Of a stretch of DNA of 64,000 bases, positions 10,284-22,197 are shown piece after piece (position 1 is the first letter of the stretch; every line of letters begins with the position of its first letter). Origin of the DNA: Tetramitus jugosus (lineage: Eukaryota; Protista; Heterolobosea); assembly GCA_937625935.1 (NCBI GenBank), contig OW569358.1, positions 248,001 to 312,000 of the forward strand. Reading direction: 5' to 3'. Under the pieces are notes generated by a model. That model did not search any database, was not told the DNA's origin, and saw nothing but the letters and a program-made list of their open reading frames with translations. The position numbers and the translations under genes are program-made.

Positions 10284-11426
10284 TCATTGGAGCCGAGATG
10301 CAATTTTCTTCTTGGCAATCGATAGATTCTTTTTTGCAATTACACTTCTGGGGTGATGGGTGCCTAGTTGAGAATCAAGGATGGAAGCTGCTTGTTTGAA
10401 TTGCTCGAGTGCTTCCTCAACTCGGTTCAGGAAGAAAAGACTGACTCCAATGTTGTTTTCAATCACGGCTATATCTACGTGATCGGCTGGCATCATTGCC
10501 CTTCGCATTTCCTTGCATTTCATCATGTATCTGTAGGAGAGAGCGTACTGCTTCACGTGCAAGAAACCTGACCCAATGAAGCTGTAGGGTGTTGAAGTAT
10601 CACATCGCATATTGATCTCACTCCCAGCTCTCTCCGATCTGAATGGTATTAAAGAGACTGAAACAGGTGTAGAAGGACTGATTCGACTATTCGGCCTACT
10701 ACCATTCGAACTTCGAGGAGAATCAGGATTATCATTGTCGATGTTGTGAGCGCTCAAAATCTCATCAGCTATTCTCTTTGCTTCCATAAACTCGGACAAG
10801 GCCATTTCATCGTTCCCTGAGCTCTCATAAACACTACCGATGACTAATCGGAAGTAGAGGAGAACCTTCCGGGGCATGAACTCTCCTAGTTCGCTTTGCC
10901 TCTTTAAATCGTCCAACTCTCGTTCGTACTCAACTTGTAGTGGATCTCTAACCAATTTCGAATGTTGTGCCTCCTCTACAGAGAAGTCCAGAGTACTATT
11001 GTTTGTTTCATGTGAACGTTGTTCTCCCGTTTCAGATACAGAGTTGTTGAAAGCATGATTTAATTCCAAACTACTATCAACAATCAGATCTGATCCTAAT
11101 TTACTTCTTTCGTTTTTATAATGTTCGTCTAATGTTCTCTTGTGCTTTTCATACTCTTCATTCATCCAGAACCTTTGAGCTGATACAAAAGTTCGTAAGG
11201 CTAGTTGATACTGACATGTATTGTGGTATGTGAGAGCTACTTCGATCAACTTGGTTATGTCAGGATTGGGACACAATGGTGCAAACAAAATCTCTTTGAT
11301 GAGACATGGAACCGAAACGTCGTCTAGGAACATTGCTGTTTGAGTCAATTGTTTCTGACGGCTCATTCGGAGTGGGAACAATAACTTGTTTTTTTCGGTA
11401 CCTAAAGTCGATGATGATTTGTTCAT
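10284..11426 (-). CDS. TPR-repeat protein
   Basis: TPR-like helices such as IGSVYESSGNDEMALSEF and DIAVIENNIGVSLFFLNRVEEALEQFKQA..LGTHHPRS. Confidence 0.75.
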   Translation of the reverse strand: MNKSSSTLGTEKNKLLFPLRMSRQKQLTQTAMFLDDVSVPCLIKEILFAPLCPNPDITKLIEVALTYHNTCQYQLALRTFVSAQRFWMNEEYEKHKRTLDEHYKNERSKLGSDLIVDSSLELNHAFNNSVSETGEQRSHETNNSTLDFSVEEAQHSKLVRDPLQVEYERELDDLKRQSELGEFMPRKVLLYFRLVIGSVYESSGNDEMALSEFMEAKRIADEILSAHNIDNDNPDSPRSSNGSRPNSRISPSTPVSVSLIPFRSERAGSEINMRCDTSTPYSFIGSGFLHVKQYALSYRYMMKCKEMRRAMMPADHVDIAVIENNIGVSLFFLNRVEEALEQFKQAASILDSQLGTHHPRSVIAKKNLSIAKKKIASRLQ

Positions 11427-11592
11427 TACTTGACCTGTCTGTTATCAGAATGTTCAATTAGGTTTTGAAATGATATTCTTGTGCCTGAGCGATCAAACAC
11501 TGTAGAAGCGGAGTTCGCTCTCGATCGTCTCAGACAGAAAAAAAAGAGAAAAGGAGAAAAGAGAAAAGCAGGTCTTGGAGAAGAATCAAACA

Positions 11593-14500
11593 ATGCCAAC
11601 TATCATCCTATTGATCTCACCTGTGGCGCCACCATCCAACGCTGACAATAGCATTCAGACGATTCGCAACACATTTGTCAAATGTATGTTGATCGACACT
11701 CCATCTCTCCCCTCTACTCTTCTTTATTATTTTTTTGTTCATCATCATCTTTACTCTTGTGTGTATTGTTATGATGATGATGATAACGATGATGATGATT
11801 TGCATTTTGTATCCATATTCAAGAATGAAACTAACCAATCACACATGTGTTGGATTCATAAATGTATGGTAAACATGGTAAAGATTGTAAATATACGATA
11901 TCACAGATCCATGCCCATCATCCATCAGAAGAAATTTGTTTATTGTATTACGATGAGGATGCAGCTGCCAACAACATAAAAACCACCACCACTGCTGATG
12001 ATGATGCACCACCACCAACACTATCCACCAGTAGTCTTCGACATGATAGTAATAATAATAATGAACAACTGCGATTGATTCAATCCTATTCTCGTGAAAC
12101 TTCACTACTCATACAATCACTCGATTCATTCCATGACAATAACATCAAGCACAATAGTACTCGTGATCAACAATCATCACTCAGCATGCCCAGCTCCGTA
12201 CTGACACAATGTTTTCATCACGTGGAGAACACATTGGGAAAGCACTCTCACACTCAAATCATTCTCATTACCAATTATCAACAATTTGATTCATCACTCT
12301 ATCGCATCAAACCTACCTTTCCTGCCAAAGTACACTTGTTTTCATTGTATCAACCATCCACCATGCACAACATGTCAATGATGACGATGATGAACAACAG
12401 CACTACTACTACTTCTACTACTACTACTATGGCTACTTCCACAACAACAACAACTCTTCTGATGCAACAACAACAACAACCATCATCATCATCATCATCA
12501 CTCAACAATACGACTACTCACAAAATGAGTCATAATAATACAAGTAACAACAACAACAACAACAATAACAATAATAGAATAGAGCAATTGTGTGAGATGA
12601 ACAATGGTACTCACATGTACATGTACACTCATTATCACAATCATCAGATACAACAATCACTCTATGATCAATTCATTGTTCACAACTATAACAAGTACAA
12701 TGGATATCTGTCGTATGGACACTTGATATCGAGTATTGAGTTGCATCCGGATCCCAATCTAGTTCAATGGTCCTCTCATCATTCATCATCATCATCATCA
12801 TCCATTGTGTCATCATCTACTACGAGTACAACGAACACGAGTAGTAGTGGTAGTGGTGGTGGTGGTAGTAGTAATAGTGGTGGTAGTGGTGGTAGTGGTG
12901 CATCTGATGCGAGTGATTCACACAGCAAGAGCACAAACGAGAGTGAAAACATTATTCCTCACGTGTTGAACATTATGGGATTTGTGGATGCTGGATGTAT
13001 GAGCAGTGCCAAATGCATCAGTAGACACAATGTTCTTCCGTTTACTCCTCCAGCATCATCATCATCATCCTCTCACAATAACAACAGTGGTAACAATAGT
13101 CGATTCATCAACACGAGTCATCTCTCATCACCAATGATGATGAACAATGTGACTCCTGCAACTCCTACTACAACAGTAGCAGCAACAACAACATCAATGA
13201 CGCCCAGTAAGAAAAAATCAAGTGTTGACAAGAGCAAAAAGATCAAGAAAAAGAAGAGTAAGCAGAGAGGTGACAGTAGTGGTGGAGATGATGGAAGTGA
13301 TGGTGGTGGTGACGACGATGGTGGTGGTGGTGAATATGAGAATCGAGAAGAAGAAGAAGAAGCAACAACAAGTACAACACCAGAGGACGAGCAATCAGAT
13401 TACATGAATGATCATGAGAATGCTGTTGATGATGACGATGATGGTGATGCTGCTGTTGCTGAAGATGATGCACCACAAAAGCACAGGAAAACAAGGGTAA
13501 AATCAAAGGTGGGTACGAAGCGAACGAGAACTCACGATAACACGGATGAAGCGAGTGGTGCTAGTGATGCCGAGGACAGTGAGATGAATGATAGTGATGC
13601 GAACAACAAGAAGACAAAACAAAAGAAAAAGAAGAGCAAATCACAAAAGAAGTCAAAGTCAAGCAAGAGCAAGAAAAAGTCCAAGGCGAATCATTCAGAT
13701 GAGGATGGAGATGAAGATGAGGGCAATGACAAAAAATGGAACAATCAAGTCATGCTTTCTGCTCTCAATCAATGTATCCATGGTAAGAAATTGACGCGCA
13801 AAGAACTAGAGTATCAGTTTGGACCCAATGCAGAATCAAGAAAGATGATCAAGGCCGATGCATGCAAGCTAGATCATGTACCAAGTACCAGTTTTTATGA
13901 ATTGTTGCACATGAGTCTGTTAAATACAAGAACGTGTGCCATTGTGAAGCTATGTGGCGACTATTATGGCTATTTAGGAGTGGTGCACGATGCTGAATAT
14001 TCTGGATTGCTTCTGTCTGTGCTCGACTATCAAGCCATCAACGCAGCTATGACAATGACTACTACTACGATGAGTGGTACAAGTGTTGGTCCGACAACGA
14101 GTCATGCTTCTTCTGCCAACATATCATCAGAACAGCAACACAGTGATGCACTGCTGCATCAATTGCTGCAACAAGTGTCACACACGCCATTGCACCATGT
14201 CAATCAAGCAGGCAATGCAGTGCACAGTACAATTGCGCACAGTGTCAATAACCGGCCTAATCCGAGCGCCACATTGTGCTATCCATGGCTCAAGGACTCT
14301 ATCGATCACATGATACACTACACATCATTCAAGTCCAGCATGGAACCAATCATTGAATACTCTAGACAACAACAACAAGATAAGGCAAAGAAGAGCAAGA
14401 ATACGAGTGAGCAACAAGCGAGTAGTGTGATACCGAGTGATGAAACTCTGCAGATTGAAATGGATCTGCTCCAGCAAGACTATCATCCAAAGCTCTATAA

Positions 14501-15257
14501 CTACAATTTGAAGTCAGTCAAGACAATTGTACCGTTTGTGAAGAGAGAGACAATTCATGCAGATTTTCAAAAATTGTCACGTACATGTGCTCAATTGCCA
14601 CACAAGATGGAGCTCATGTACTCTGAGATTGAAAAGATTAGATTCACGGCTCATGTGTACTTGAACCCAACATTGGTCACCTCTCTTGTTCAGCTGTTGT
14701 CAGAACTCAAAACAGATTGTGTCAACCAATTGGCACACTTGCAACAGTCATCAGAAGATGAGGAAGATCAAGAGGTCATGATTGAAAACCAAGTCCTTTC
14801 GATCATTATTTATGAAACTGTGATACTCCAACTCAATGCCAACAAGCCATGTTCATCAGAGTATGAGAAGTTGTCTGTACCGGACATGACTGTGCTGTCA
14901 AGTAATGTAGAACGAAAGAAGAGGGAATTGGGATTACAATCCTTGATTCAACCACCTCAACAAGCTCAGCCACCTCACCAGCAACAACAGCCACCAAAAC
15001 AGCCACACCCAACTCTTCATCACCAACAACCACAACCACAACAACACATTGTTCCTCCTTCTCACCACCCCCACCCCTACCACCATCCCCACAGTCATCC
15101 GCAACAACAACAACAACAACTACATCCACATCATCAACCACACCACCAACAACACTATTCTCCCAATCCTCCACCACCACATCAACAGCAACAGCTTCCT
15201 CCTCACCATCATCAACTCCATCAACAACCTCACCAACCTCACCACCACTATCCATAG
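11593..15257 (+). CDS. INTS14: Integrator complex subunit 14 (VWA9)-like, with large low-complexity insertions; probable intron 11684-11883
   Basis: Ordered blocks matching remembered INTS14 motifs: MPTIIL, FPAKVHL, EQLCEMNNG, LSYGHL..IELHPDP, LNIMGFVD..ISRHNVLP, FYELLHMSL..AIVKL, YPWL, IHADFQKLSR..LPHK..YSEIEKIR. Confidence 0.7.
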
Positions 15258-15356
15258 AGACAGCAGCAATACAATACAACAACAATAAACACTTTTGTGG
15301 CTTCCAGATCACAATTTTAACACACAAACGAAAAAACAACCTGTTCGACAACAAAA

Positions 15357-16868
15357 ATGAAATTCGATCCCAGTCTCATCAATCATCAGTGCACCATTCT
15401 CATGGATGATGAACCAGAAATCATATTGGACCCATGTCACTCCTATCACAACAATCATCATCATGATCATGCATCAAAGAAACGCAGAAATGCAAATGGA
15501 AATGGAAATGGTCCAATGATTTTGTATGCAAGTTATGGTGTGCAGGGAATACGTGACAGTATGGAAGACTCTGTCATTATCTATCACCCTGATCATCCTG
15601 AGCATCCTTATCATCATCATCAGCCACACAATCATAAGAACCATGTTGAACCACCATTGAGTTATTTTGGAGTGTTTGATGGCCACGGTGGTGCATCATG
15701 CTCTCAATTCCTATCCAATACACAATTATGGAACAAGTACTTGTTTATCACGGATGATGATGATACAACAACAACAAAATCATCATTGTCATCATCGCAC
15801 AACAACAACAACAACAATCATCATCATCATCAATTATTGTTGTCATCCGTGTTCCAATACAATATCAAAATCGAACAAATGTTCATGGATGTGGACAGAG
15901 AGTACGAGAGGTATCAACATGAGAATTGTTGGGTGAATCAAAAGATTGATTATGAGACGGATTCTGGATCCACTGCATGCATGCTCTTTATTCTCAACAA
16001 CAACAACAACAACAATAGTAATAATCATAACACTACTGAAATATCAAACGAGTTGCATGACAATGATTCCACCACTATTATAGAAATACAAAAGAAGCAT
16101 ACAAAGAACAATAACAATAAGAAGAAGAAGAAGACAAAAGGCAAGAACAATGACAAACAAGCGACCACCACATCAACGAATAACAATAAGAACAATAAGA
16201 ACAATAGAGCAGAATTGATTATTTGTAATGCAGGTGATTCTCGTTGTATCATTTATAGCAATGATCATGATGACACTTGTGTCCTATCAACAGTGGATCA
16301 CAAACCAAGGAGCAAGAATGAGAAGAAGAGAATAGAATCGAGTGGTTCATTGGTGATTGATGATCGTATCAATGGTGACTTGGCAGTGTCACGTGGATTC
16401 GGAGACTTTACATTCAAACAGTTCAAACAACAACAACAACAACAACATCAGAAGTTTGTAACAAACAATGACAACAACAACAACAACAATAGGAGACATC
16501 AACCAGTGATACCCATACCCGATATTCACAGAATACCATTTCAATACAAGAGTGACAGCGGTGATGACGATAATGATAATGATGATGATGATGATGACGT
16601 TATTAACAACAACAAGATACCACCATTTGTTGTATTGGCATGTGATGGTGTATGGGATGTCATGAACAATCGTCAAGTCATTCAGTTCATTGTTCATCGG
16701 CTCAAGCAACAACAACAAGAGTCATCCTGCAATCATGATTGTCGTCGACATTATGACGTACACTCAATTGTCAAGGAACTCGTCGAGTATTGCGTATTGG
16801 AACAAAAGAGCAATGACAATGTATCCGTCATGATTGTATTGCTGCCTCATGTGACTCTTGAACTCTAA
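15357..16868 (+). CDS. Protein phosphatase 2C (PPM family)
   Basis: QGIRDSMED, FGVFDGHGG, SGSTA, NAGDSRC, DHKP, LAVSRGFGD, LACDGVWD, SNDNVS. Confidence 0.95.
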   Translation: MKFDPSLINHQCTILMDDEPEIILDPCHSYHNNHHHDHASKKRRNANGNGNGPMILYASYGVQGIRDSMEDSVIIYHPDHPEHPYHHHQPHNHKNHVEPPLSYFGVFDGHGGASCSQFLSNTQLWNKYLFITDDDDTTTTKSSLSSSHNNNNNNHHHHQLLLSSVFQYNIKIEQMFMDVDREYERYQHENCWVNQKIDYETDSGSTACMLFILNNNNNNNSNNHNTTEISNELHDNDSTTIIEIQKKHTKNNNNKKKKKTKGKNNDKQATTTSTNNNKNNKNNRAELIICNAGDSRCIIYSNDHDDTCVLSTVDHKPRSKNEKKRIESSGSLVIDDRINGDLAVSRGFGDFTFKQFKQQQQQQHQKFVTNNDNNNNNNRRHQPVIPIPDIHRIPFQYKSDSGDDDNDNDDDDDDVINNNKIPPFVVLACDGVWDVMNNRQVIQFIVHRLKQQQQESSCNHDCRRHYDVHSIVKELVEYCVLEQKSNDNVSVMIVLLPHVTLEL

Positions 16869-17049
16869 GGAGTTTCCAGAGGGATAAAATACTCCATCCT
16901 TTCTAAAAATAGTTGAAAAGTGATCGCTGCTTGACACGACAGCATCCACTCACACAGAAAAAAAGCAAAATTCCCAGCAAAGAACAATCCAAAAAACCAA
17001 CCAAAAAAAAAATCTAAACACAACCACAAAATCAAACGCACAATCAAAA

Positions 17050-18573
17050 ATGAGTCAATTAGATGTATCAGACAAGGCTGTTCAACAAGCCATTGATCAA
17101 GTGATTGGTCAATCAGAGTGTGACGAGCACAAGAATCCATGGGCTCTGTTGACACACGTCGGTCAAACCAGCAAGATTAAAGTGTCGGAGACTGGTGAAT
17201 CATTTGATGAATTCATTGAAGAGTTGAGTGAAGGAAGACTCATGTACGGCATCATGAAATTCAACATTCATGGCGTGTACAAGATTGCATTCATCTCATG
17301 GTGCCCCGACGGTGTCGACGGTGTCACCAAGGGCAAGTTCAGTGTGTGGAACAAGCACATGGAATCGATTCTCAAGGGCAAGTATCACACACAAGTCATG
17401 GCAAGACGCGAGGAAGACATTGACAGAGAACAAATGATTAAAAAGTTCAAGGTGGCCACAGGCAGCAGCTATGCCACCACTGGATCCAAGGTACGCGATC
17501 AAAACACGGTCAACACTGCCAAGCAGAGCATCTCTATTCAACAACAGCAGATTCAGAGTGGAGTGGCACCTAGAATGGTGAGTGACTATCAGGATGAAGC
17601 ACTCAAGAAGCAGAGTGAACAATTCTGGAGCAAGCAACAAGATGCGACTCCTTCATCTGCTGCTGCTACGTCGACCACTACTACGAGCACTGCACACAGT
17701 GAACTTGCTGCCCTCAAGCAACAATCCAATCAATTCTGGAGCAGTCAACAACAACAACAAACAGAACAACCAACGACTACCACCACCAGTACTGCTCAGA
17801 GTGAACTAGCAGCATTGAAGCAAAAATCAAATCAATTCTGGAGTAGCCAACAACAAGAGCCATCATCTACGACTCAAAAGACATCTGCACCATTGGTCAA
17901 GGGAGATGTCGGTGCACTGAGAAACAAGTTTGCTGAACAGGCTAGAGTCTCATCCGAAGACAAGCCATCCTCTGGTTTCCATGGATCAGTGAGCAGCAGT
18001 GTAAAGTCCATGAAGGATCGTATTGCTGAACAAGAACAACAACAACAACAACAACAGGAACAATATCAAGCACCACCACCAGTCACTAGCAGTAGATTAC
18101 CACCACCACCATCTGCTTATCATCATCATGACGAAGAAGAAGAAGAGGAAGAAGAGCAGCAATATCAAGCACCAGTGACGACTACTCACTTGCCACCTGT
18201 TCCAACCACTACCATGGTACCACCAAACATGATTCCACCAAACATGGTTGAAGAAGAAGCAGAACCAGAGGAACAACAACACACATATGAATCAACATCA
18301 CCAGTTCTTCCACCTGTTCCTGCCTTTGCACAACAACAACAGTATGAACAACCAGAGGAACCAGTGCAACAACAACAAGAGGCAGCACTCGATGGTATCA
18401 TGTACCGTGCCATGTACGACTTTGAAACCAATGATTCAGAAGAGTTGAGTTTCTATGAGGACGATGTGTTGATTGTGACTGAGAACAATGGAGATTGGTG
18501 GACTGGTTATCGTCAGGCTGACATTTCAAAGCACACTGGACTCGTGCCTGCCAACTATCTCGAACCCATGTAA
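17050..18573 (+). CDS. Abp1/drebrin-like actin-binding adaptor (ADF-H domain, Pro/Glu-rich linker, SH3)
   Basis: N-terminal ADF-H (KIAFISWCPDGV) and C-terminal SH3 (YRAMYDF..ELSF..WWTG..GLVPANYL). Confidence 0.9.
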   Translation: MSQLDVSDKAVQQAIDQVIGQSECDEHKNPWALLTHVGQTSKIKVSETGESFDEFIEELSEGRLMYGIMKFNIHGVYKIAFISWCPDGVDGVTKGKFSVWNKHMESILKGKYHTQVMARREEDIDREQMIKKFKVATGSSYATTGSKVRDQNTVNTAKQSISIQQQQIQSGVAPRMVSDYQDEALKKQSEQFWSKQQDATPSSAAATSTTTTSTAHSELAALKQQSNQFWSSQQQQQTEQPTTTTTSTAQSELAALKQKSNQFWSSQQQEPSSTTQKTSAPLVKGDVGALRNKFAEQARVSSEDKPSSGFHGSVSSSVKSMKDRIAEQEQQQQQQQEQYQAPPPVTSSRLPPPPSAYHHHDEEEEEEEEQQYQAPVTTTHLPPVPTTTMVPPNMIPPNMVEEEAEPEEQQHTYESTSPVLPPVPAFAQQQQYEQPEEPVQQQQEAALDGIMYRAMYDFETNDSEELSFYEDDVLIVTENNGDWWTGYRQADISKHTGLVPANYLEPM

Positions 18574-18760
18574 CAACAACAACAACAACAACAATTAACA
18601 AGTCAATTGTTGGACCAATTCACACTTGGTACCAGATCAGTCAGTGATGATGCTCTACATGATCCATATATTGTATAAGATTAAAAAAACTATTTTGTTA
18701 AAACATGAGAATTCACTCCAGAGAATCATCTTTGTTTAAAGCGCAGAGAGGATTATGATT

Positions 18761-19591
18761 TCACGTGATGGGTGTAGGTGGTGTCGTTGTCGAGCGAATT
18801 GCAGAACTGGATGATGATGACTCTTCCAACACAGTAGCCGGTGTCACAGCACTCGTTGTTGCTGTTGTAGTTGTGTCAAGTGATTCAGGCACTTTGATAT
18901 CATTGAACCATTGCAACAGTGGCAACACCTCCATCATTCGTTGCATGACCACAAATGCTTGATGATTGTTATTGGCCTGATTGTATTGATCAATGATGGG
19001 CACAGGACAAATGGGATTGCCACTCAAGTACAGGTAGCGCAATGATTTGTGCAAGTGACTCAACGACTGCACCACCAATTCCAAATCCGAGAGCCGATTA
19101 CCGAACAGGCCCAAAAACTCGAGTCGATTCAAATCATGAACAGGCAATCCATCCAAACTGATCAATTGATTGCTGGACATGGTCAAACTTTCCAATTGAT
19201 TCAACCCTTCCAAATGCTCCAATTTGACAATTCGATTGAATCGAAGGTCCAACAACCGCAGTTTTTTGACGTGCTGCAACTCGGCTGACATGCTCGTAAT
19301 CTTGTTGTTGGACAATTTGAGAAATTGAAGATTGGGCAAGTGTTTCAAACTGGGAAAATCAGACAGATTGTTGGCCGCTAGATTCAATTTGATGAGTTGT
19401 GTGAATTGTGGACAGGGCAGCGCTTCTGTTGGAGTCAAATTGAACAAGTGGCAAATGTCGGCCTCATCCACCTGAAATATGTAATTGTTTGATAGATCTA
19501 TACATTTGACTGTTGATTCATCTTCTTTTGCGATGGAGGGTACATCCTTTGAAATGTAATGCGTCTTCTTGTGCGATAGATTCCACTCCAT
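18761..19591 (-). CDS. Leucine-rich repeat protein (SDS22-like repeats)
   Basis: Repeated LxxLxLxxNxI, ending in an LSGNPI cap. Confidence 0.85.
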   Translation of the reverse strand: MEWNLSHKKTHYISKDVPSIAKEDESTVKCIDLSNNYIFQVDEADICHLFNLTPTEALPCPQFTQLIKLNLAANNLSDFPSLKHLPNLQFLKLSNNKITSMSAELQHVKKLRLLDLRFNRIVKLEHLEGLNQLESLTMSSNQLISLDGLPVHDLNRLEFLGLFGNRLSDLELVVQSLSHLHKSLRYLYLSGNPICPVPIIDQYNQANNNHQAFVVMQRMMEVLPLLQWFNDIKVPESLDTTTTATTSAVTPATVLEESSSSSSAIRSTTTPPTPIT

Positions 19592-19733
19592 ATTGTGTTG
19601 TTTTTTTTTTGTTGATTGTTGTGTGTGTTCTGTGTTGTGCTTGTCTGTTTCTTTGTTTCTTTGTTTGAATTGTGTGAATTTTTTTATGGGGGTTTTTGGG
19701 AATTGAAGGTTGCATTCTTCCTAAGCGGTATGT

Positions 19734-20885
19734 TTATTGCAAGATGGTAGTAATGTTAGGTACATATTGTTTGACATGCTCCAATGATTGGGAGTATAAA
19801 TTCTTGAGCATGGCCCTATGTTTAGCAACAAATTCAGCATCGCCAGAAAGTACTTGTCTCGCATATTCAATCAAAAACTCTTTTTGGGTCACTGAAATGG
19901 CAAAGTTGCTATTCATCCTTTCATCACCACCGATATGAATCGCTGAGAAACATGGAAACTCATGACACTTGTCCTCTAAATGCACAAACAAGCATCCAGA
20001 AGTACCACCAAGAGTTTGGCAATCATGCAAGAGAACTACATGTTCACGGTCAGCACTTTCAACTCTTCCAAGAGATAAGATTTTCTTATCAAAACCATCC
20101 ATCATCTTCTTCACATCTTCATACTTGATTGGATCACGGTACTTATGTTCAAAATCTTCTTGTGCAATATAACCAAGGTAGCCAATGATCAAAGATTTAG
20201 CATCAGTGTTTGGAGCTATGGGCAGACAGTAAGGAACGTTCAGTGAAGGACGTTTAGTTTTGAATTTCATGAAACAAAAATCATTCGGAAAACTCCAGCG
20301 TTCAGCTCTCATATACTTCTTGAGACTGTAACGTTCAGTAAACTCTTCATCGATGTTGGATCGAACCTTCTCACATTCATAATATCCTCTATCTTTGCTT
20401 AAATCCCTATCCTTGCGATTCAATCTACCATCTACATGAAATGTGACAAAAACTCTGGAAATATAGAGATCCATCTCTTCATTACTCTTCTTATCCTTAC
20501 ATCTTTTCGCATCACGAATAACATGATGAGCTGTCACCAGCATTGAATCACTGACACGAATGGCAGAGCCAGTAAAAATTTTGGCATTTTGTGGATTCCA
20601 CTGTGCTTCTTTCTCTGTGTAATAGTATACATAGAGCTTACCAACACCACATCCTGTGTTCTCCACATAGTCCTGCTGCTCTTCTGCCAAGCCATCTGAA
20701 TCGTTCCATTCTATCTGGTGATGTGAAGAAAAAACATACGTTCCAACAGTCTTCACTTTTCCCTCATTATCAGTAATAATCACTTCATCATTCTCAGATT
20801 CAACTTCAGTGGTTCGTTCATAATTGAAATTATAGTCATTGGTTACTTCGCCAATGTCTGTCATGCTATAGTCATCAATGCACAT
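19734..20885 (-). CDS. Trypsin-like (S1) serine protease domain protein
   Basis: GSAIRV..LVTAHHV (His), NDFCFMK (Asp), HDCQTLGGTSGC (Ser), AIHIGG. Confidence 0.75.
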   Translation of the reverse strand: MCIDDYSMTDIGEVTNDYNFNYERTTEVESENDEVIITDNEGKVKTVGTYVFSSHHQIEWNDSDGLAEEQQDYVENTGCGVGKLYVYYYTEKEAQWNPQNAKIFTGSAIRVSDSMLVTAHHVIRDAKRCKDKKSNEEMDLYISRVFVTFHVDGRLNRKDRDLSKDRGYYECEKVRSNIDEEFTERYSLKKYMRAERWSFPNDFCFMKFKTKRPSLNVPYCLPIAPNTDAKSLIIGYLGYIAQEDFEHKYRDPIKYEDVKKMMDGFDKKILSLGRVESADREHVVLLHDCQTLGGTSGCLFVHLEDKCHEFPCFSAIHIGGDERMNSNFAISVTQKEFLIEYARQVLSGDAEFVAKHRAMLKNLYSQSLEHVKQYVPNITTILQ

Positions 20886-21408
20886 ACGTAAGCGACCGTT
20901 TCTTGTTTTACAAAAAATTTCGCCATTGAAACTTCAGCACACTGCCATATTTTCGAAGACAATCTTCTCTACAATCCAATTGAGCCCTGATGACTAACTC
21001 TCTTGGCCTTAATGGAAGGTAATCCATAACGACTTCCCGAAATTTTACAGCTTTATTCTTGGGGCCAAGCTTCACCTTCTAACCTTAATAGTGATGCGTC
21101 ACTGGCCGATTGATCAGGGTATCACCGATGAGTCAAACTCACTTTATGTTAAGGTGGTTGTAATTGACAGTCATTCTTGTAATCGTTTTAAGAATATTTG
21201 TTTCTAATTCTTGTGTTTAACACAGTTTAATGAATTATTAAATATATTTTATAATTTGTTTTCAGTGTTATCAGTAAAACGTAAATTTTGATATTCTCAG
21301 TTTCGTATGTGAGGATTGTTTTTAAATGTTCTTACTGGCACAGAATGTTCGATTGTAGCTTGGTGTTTGTTCTAGCTGGAGTTGCATGAAAGTGTGTTTT
21401 ATTTATTA

Positions 21409-22105
21409 CTAAACCTTCCTCTTTTTTCGCTTTGGTGCTGGTTTCCTCTTGCCTGTCCATGTGTAGTTTCTGTTGTAGTCTGCAACAAGCAGAGAAGGTA
21501 AATTTTCCTCAGGTTCCCAAGTGTTCTGTTGTGCTCATTGTCAGATAATTAATGCACGTTTTTTTTTTAACAATACAACAAATACAACAAATATGAAAAG
21601 AGTTATCATCATCATCACATACATCTGCTGTATCATATCCATACCACTTAACCAAGTAGTATGCCTTCTTGTTCAACATTGTTTTCTGAACTAGTTTTTC
21701 AATCGTGTATTCTGTATCATCATCCTCCTTTTCTGTAGTAGTAGATGTTGTTGTTGTTGTATCTTCGTCATCTTCACTCTCTTCGACTTGTTCTCGTTTC
21801 CGTTGGGCAGTAGTAGTAGTAGCAGTGGACCTCTTTCGTTTTGATGAACCACTGACAGTAGCTGCAGAAGTAGTGCTATGCCTTCCACCACGGCTATTAC
21901 GACTACTACTGCTACCACCATACTTTCTATGAATATAACAATACAATTTTCCCTTTTGTTTGAATGCGGTGCATGGTGAGCCTTCTTTTGTCAATGCTTC
22001 ACAATATCGATCATTAGCATCATTGTTATTGCCACTACCACTATCACCACTATCACTGTCAGAGTCTAGTTGTTTCTGTTGCTTCTTTATTGTATGGACA
22101 ACCAT
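21409..22105 (-). CDS. Chromodomain protein with N-terminal C-x9-C-x10-C-x2-H zinc finger; intron 21526-21622
   Basis: CEALTKEGSPCTAFKQKGKLYCYIH; EYTIEKLV..YYLVKWYGYDTAD|NTWEPEENL; basic NLS-like tail KRKPAPKRKKRKV*. Confidence 0.85.
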
Positions 22106-22197
22106 TGTGTGTGTGTTTGTACGGATGATTCTGTTTTTTTGTGGTTGTTCATCACGAAAAGACCAGACACAAAACTAAATCAAACAACAACATCGCG

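Noticed and set aside
20985-21165. Possible structured RNA (CTGATGA, short hairpins, ACCTTAA/TTAAGGT inverted repeat)
   Set aside because: No complete hammerhead core, C/D box pair or snRNA motif could be built by eye. An Infernal/Rfam scan would be needed.
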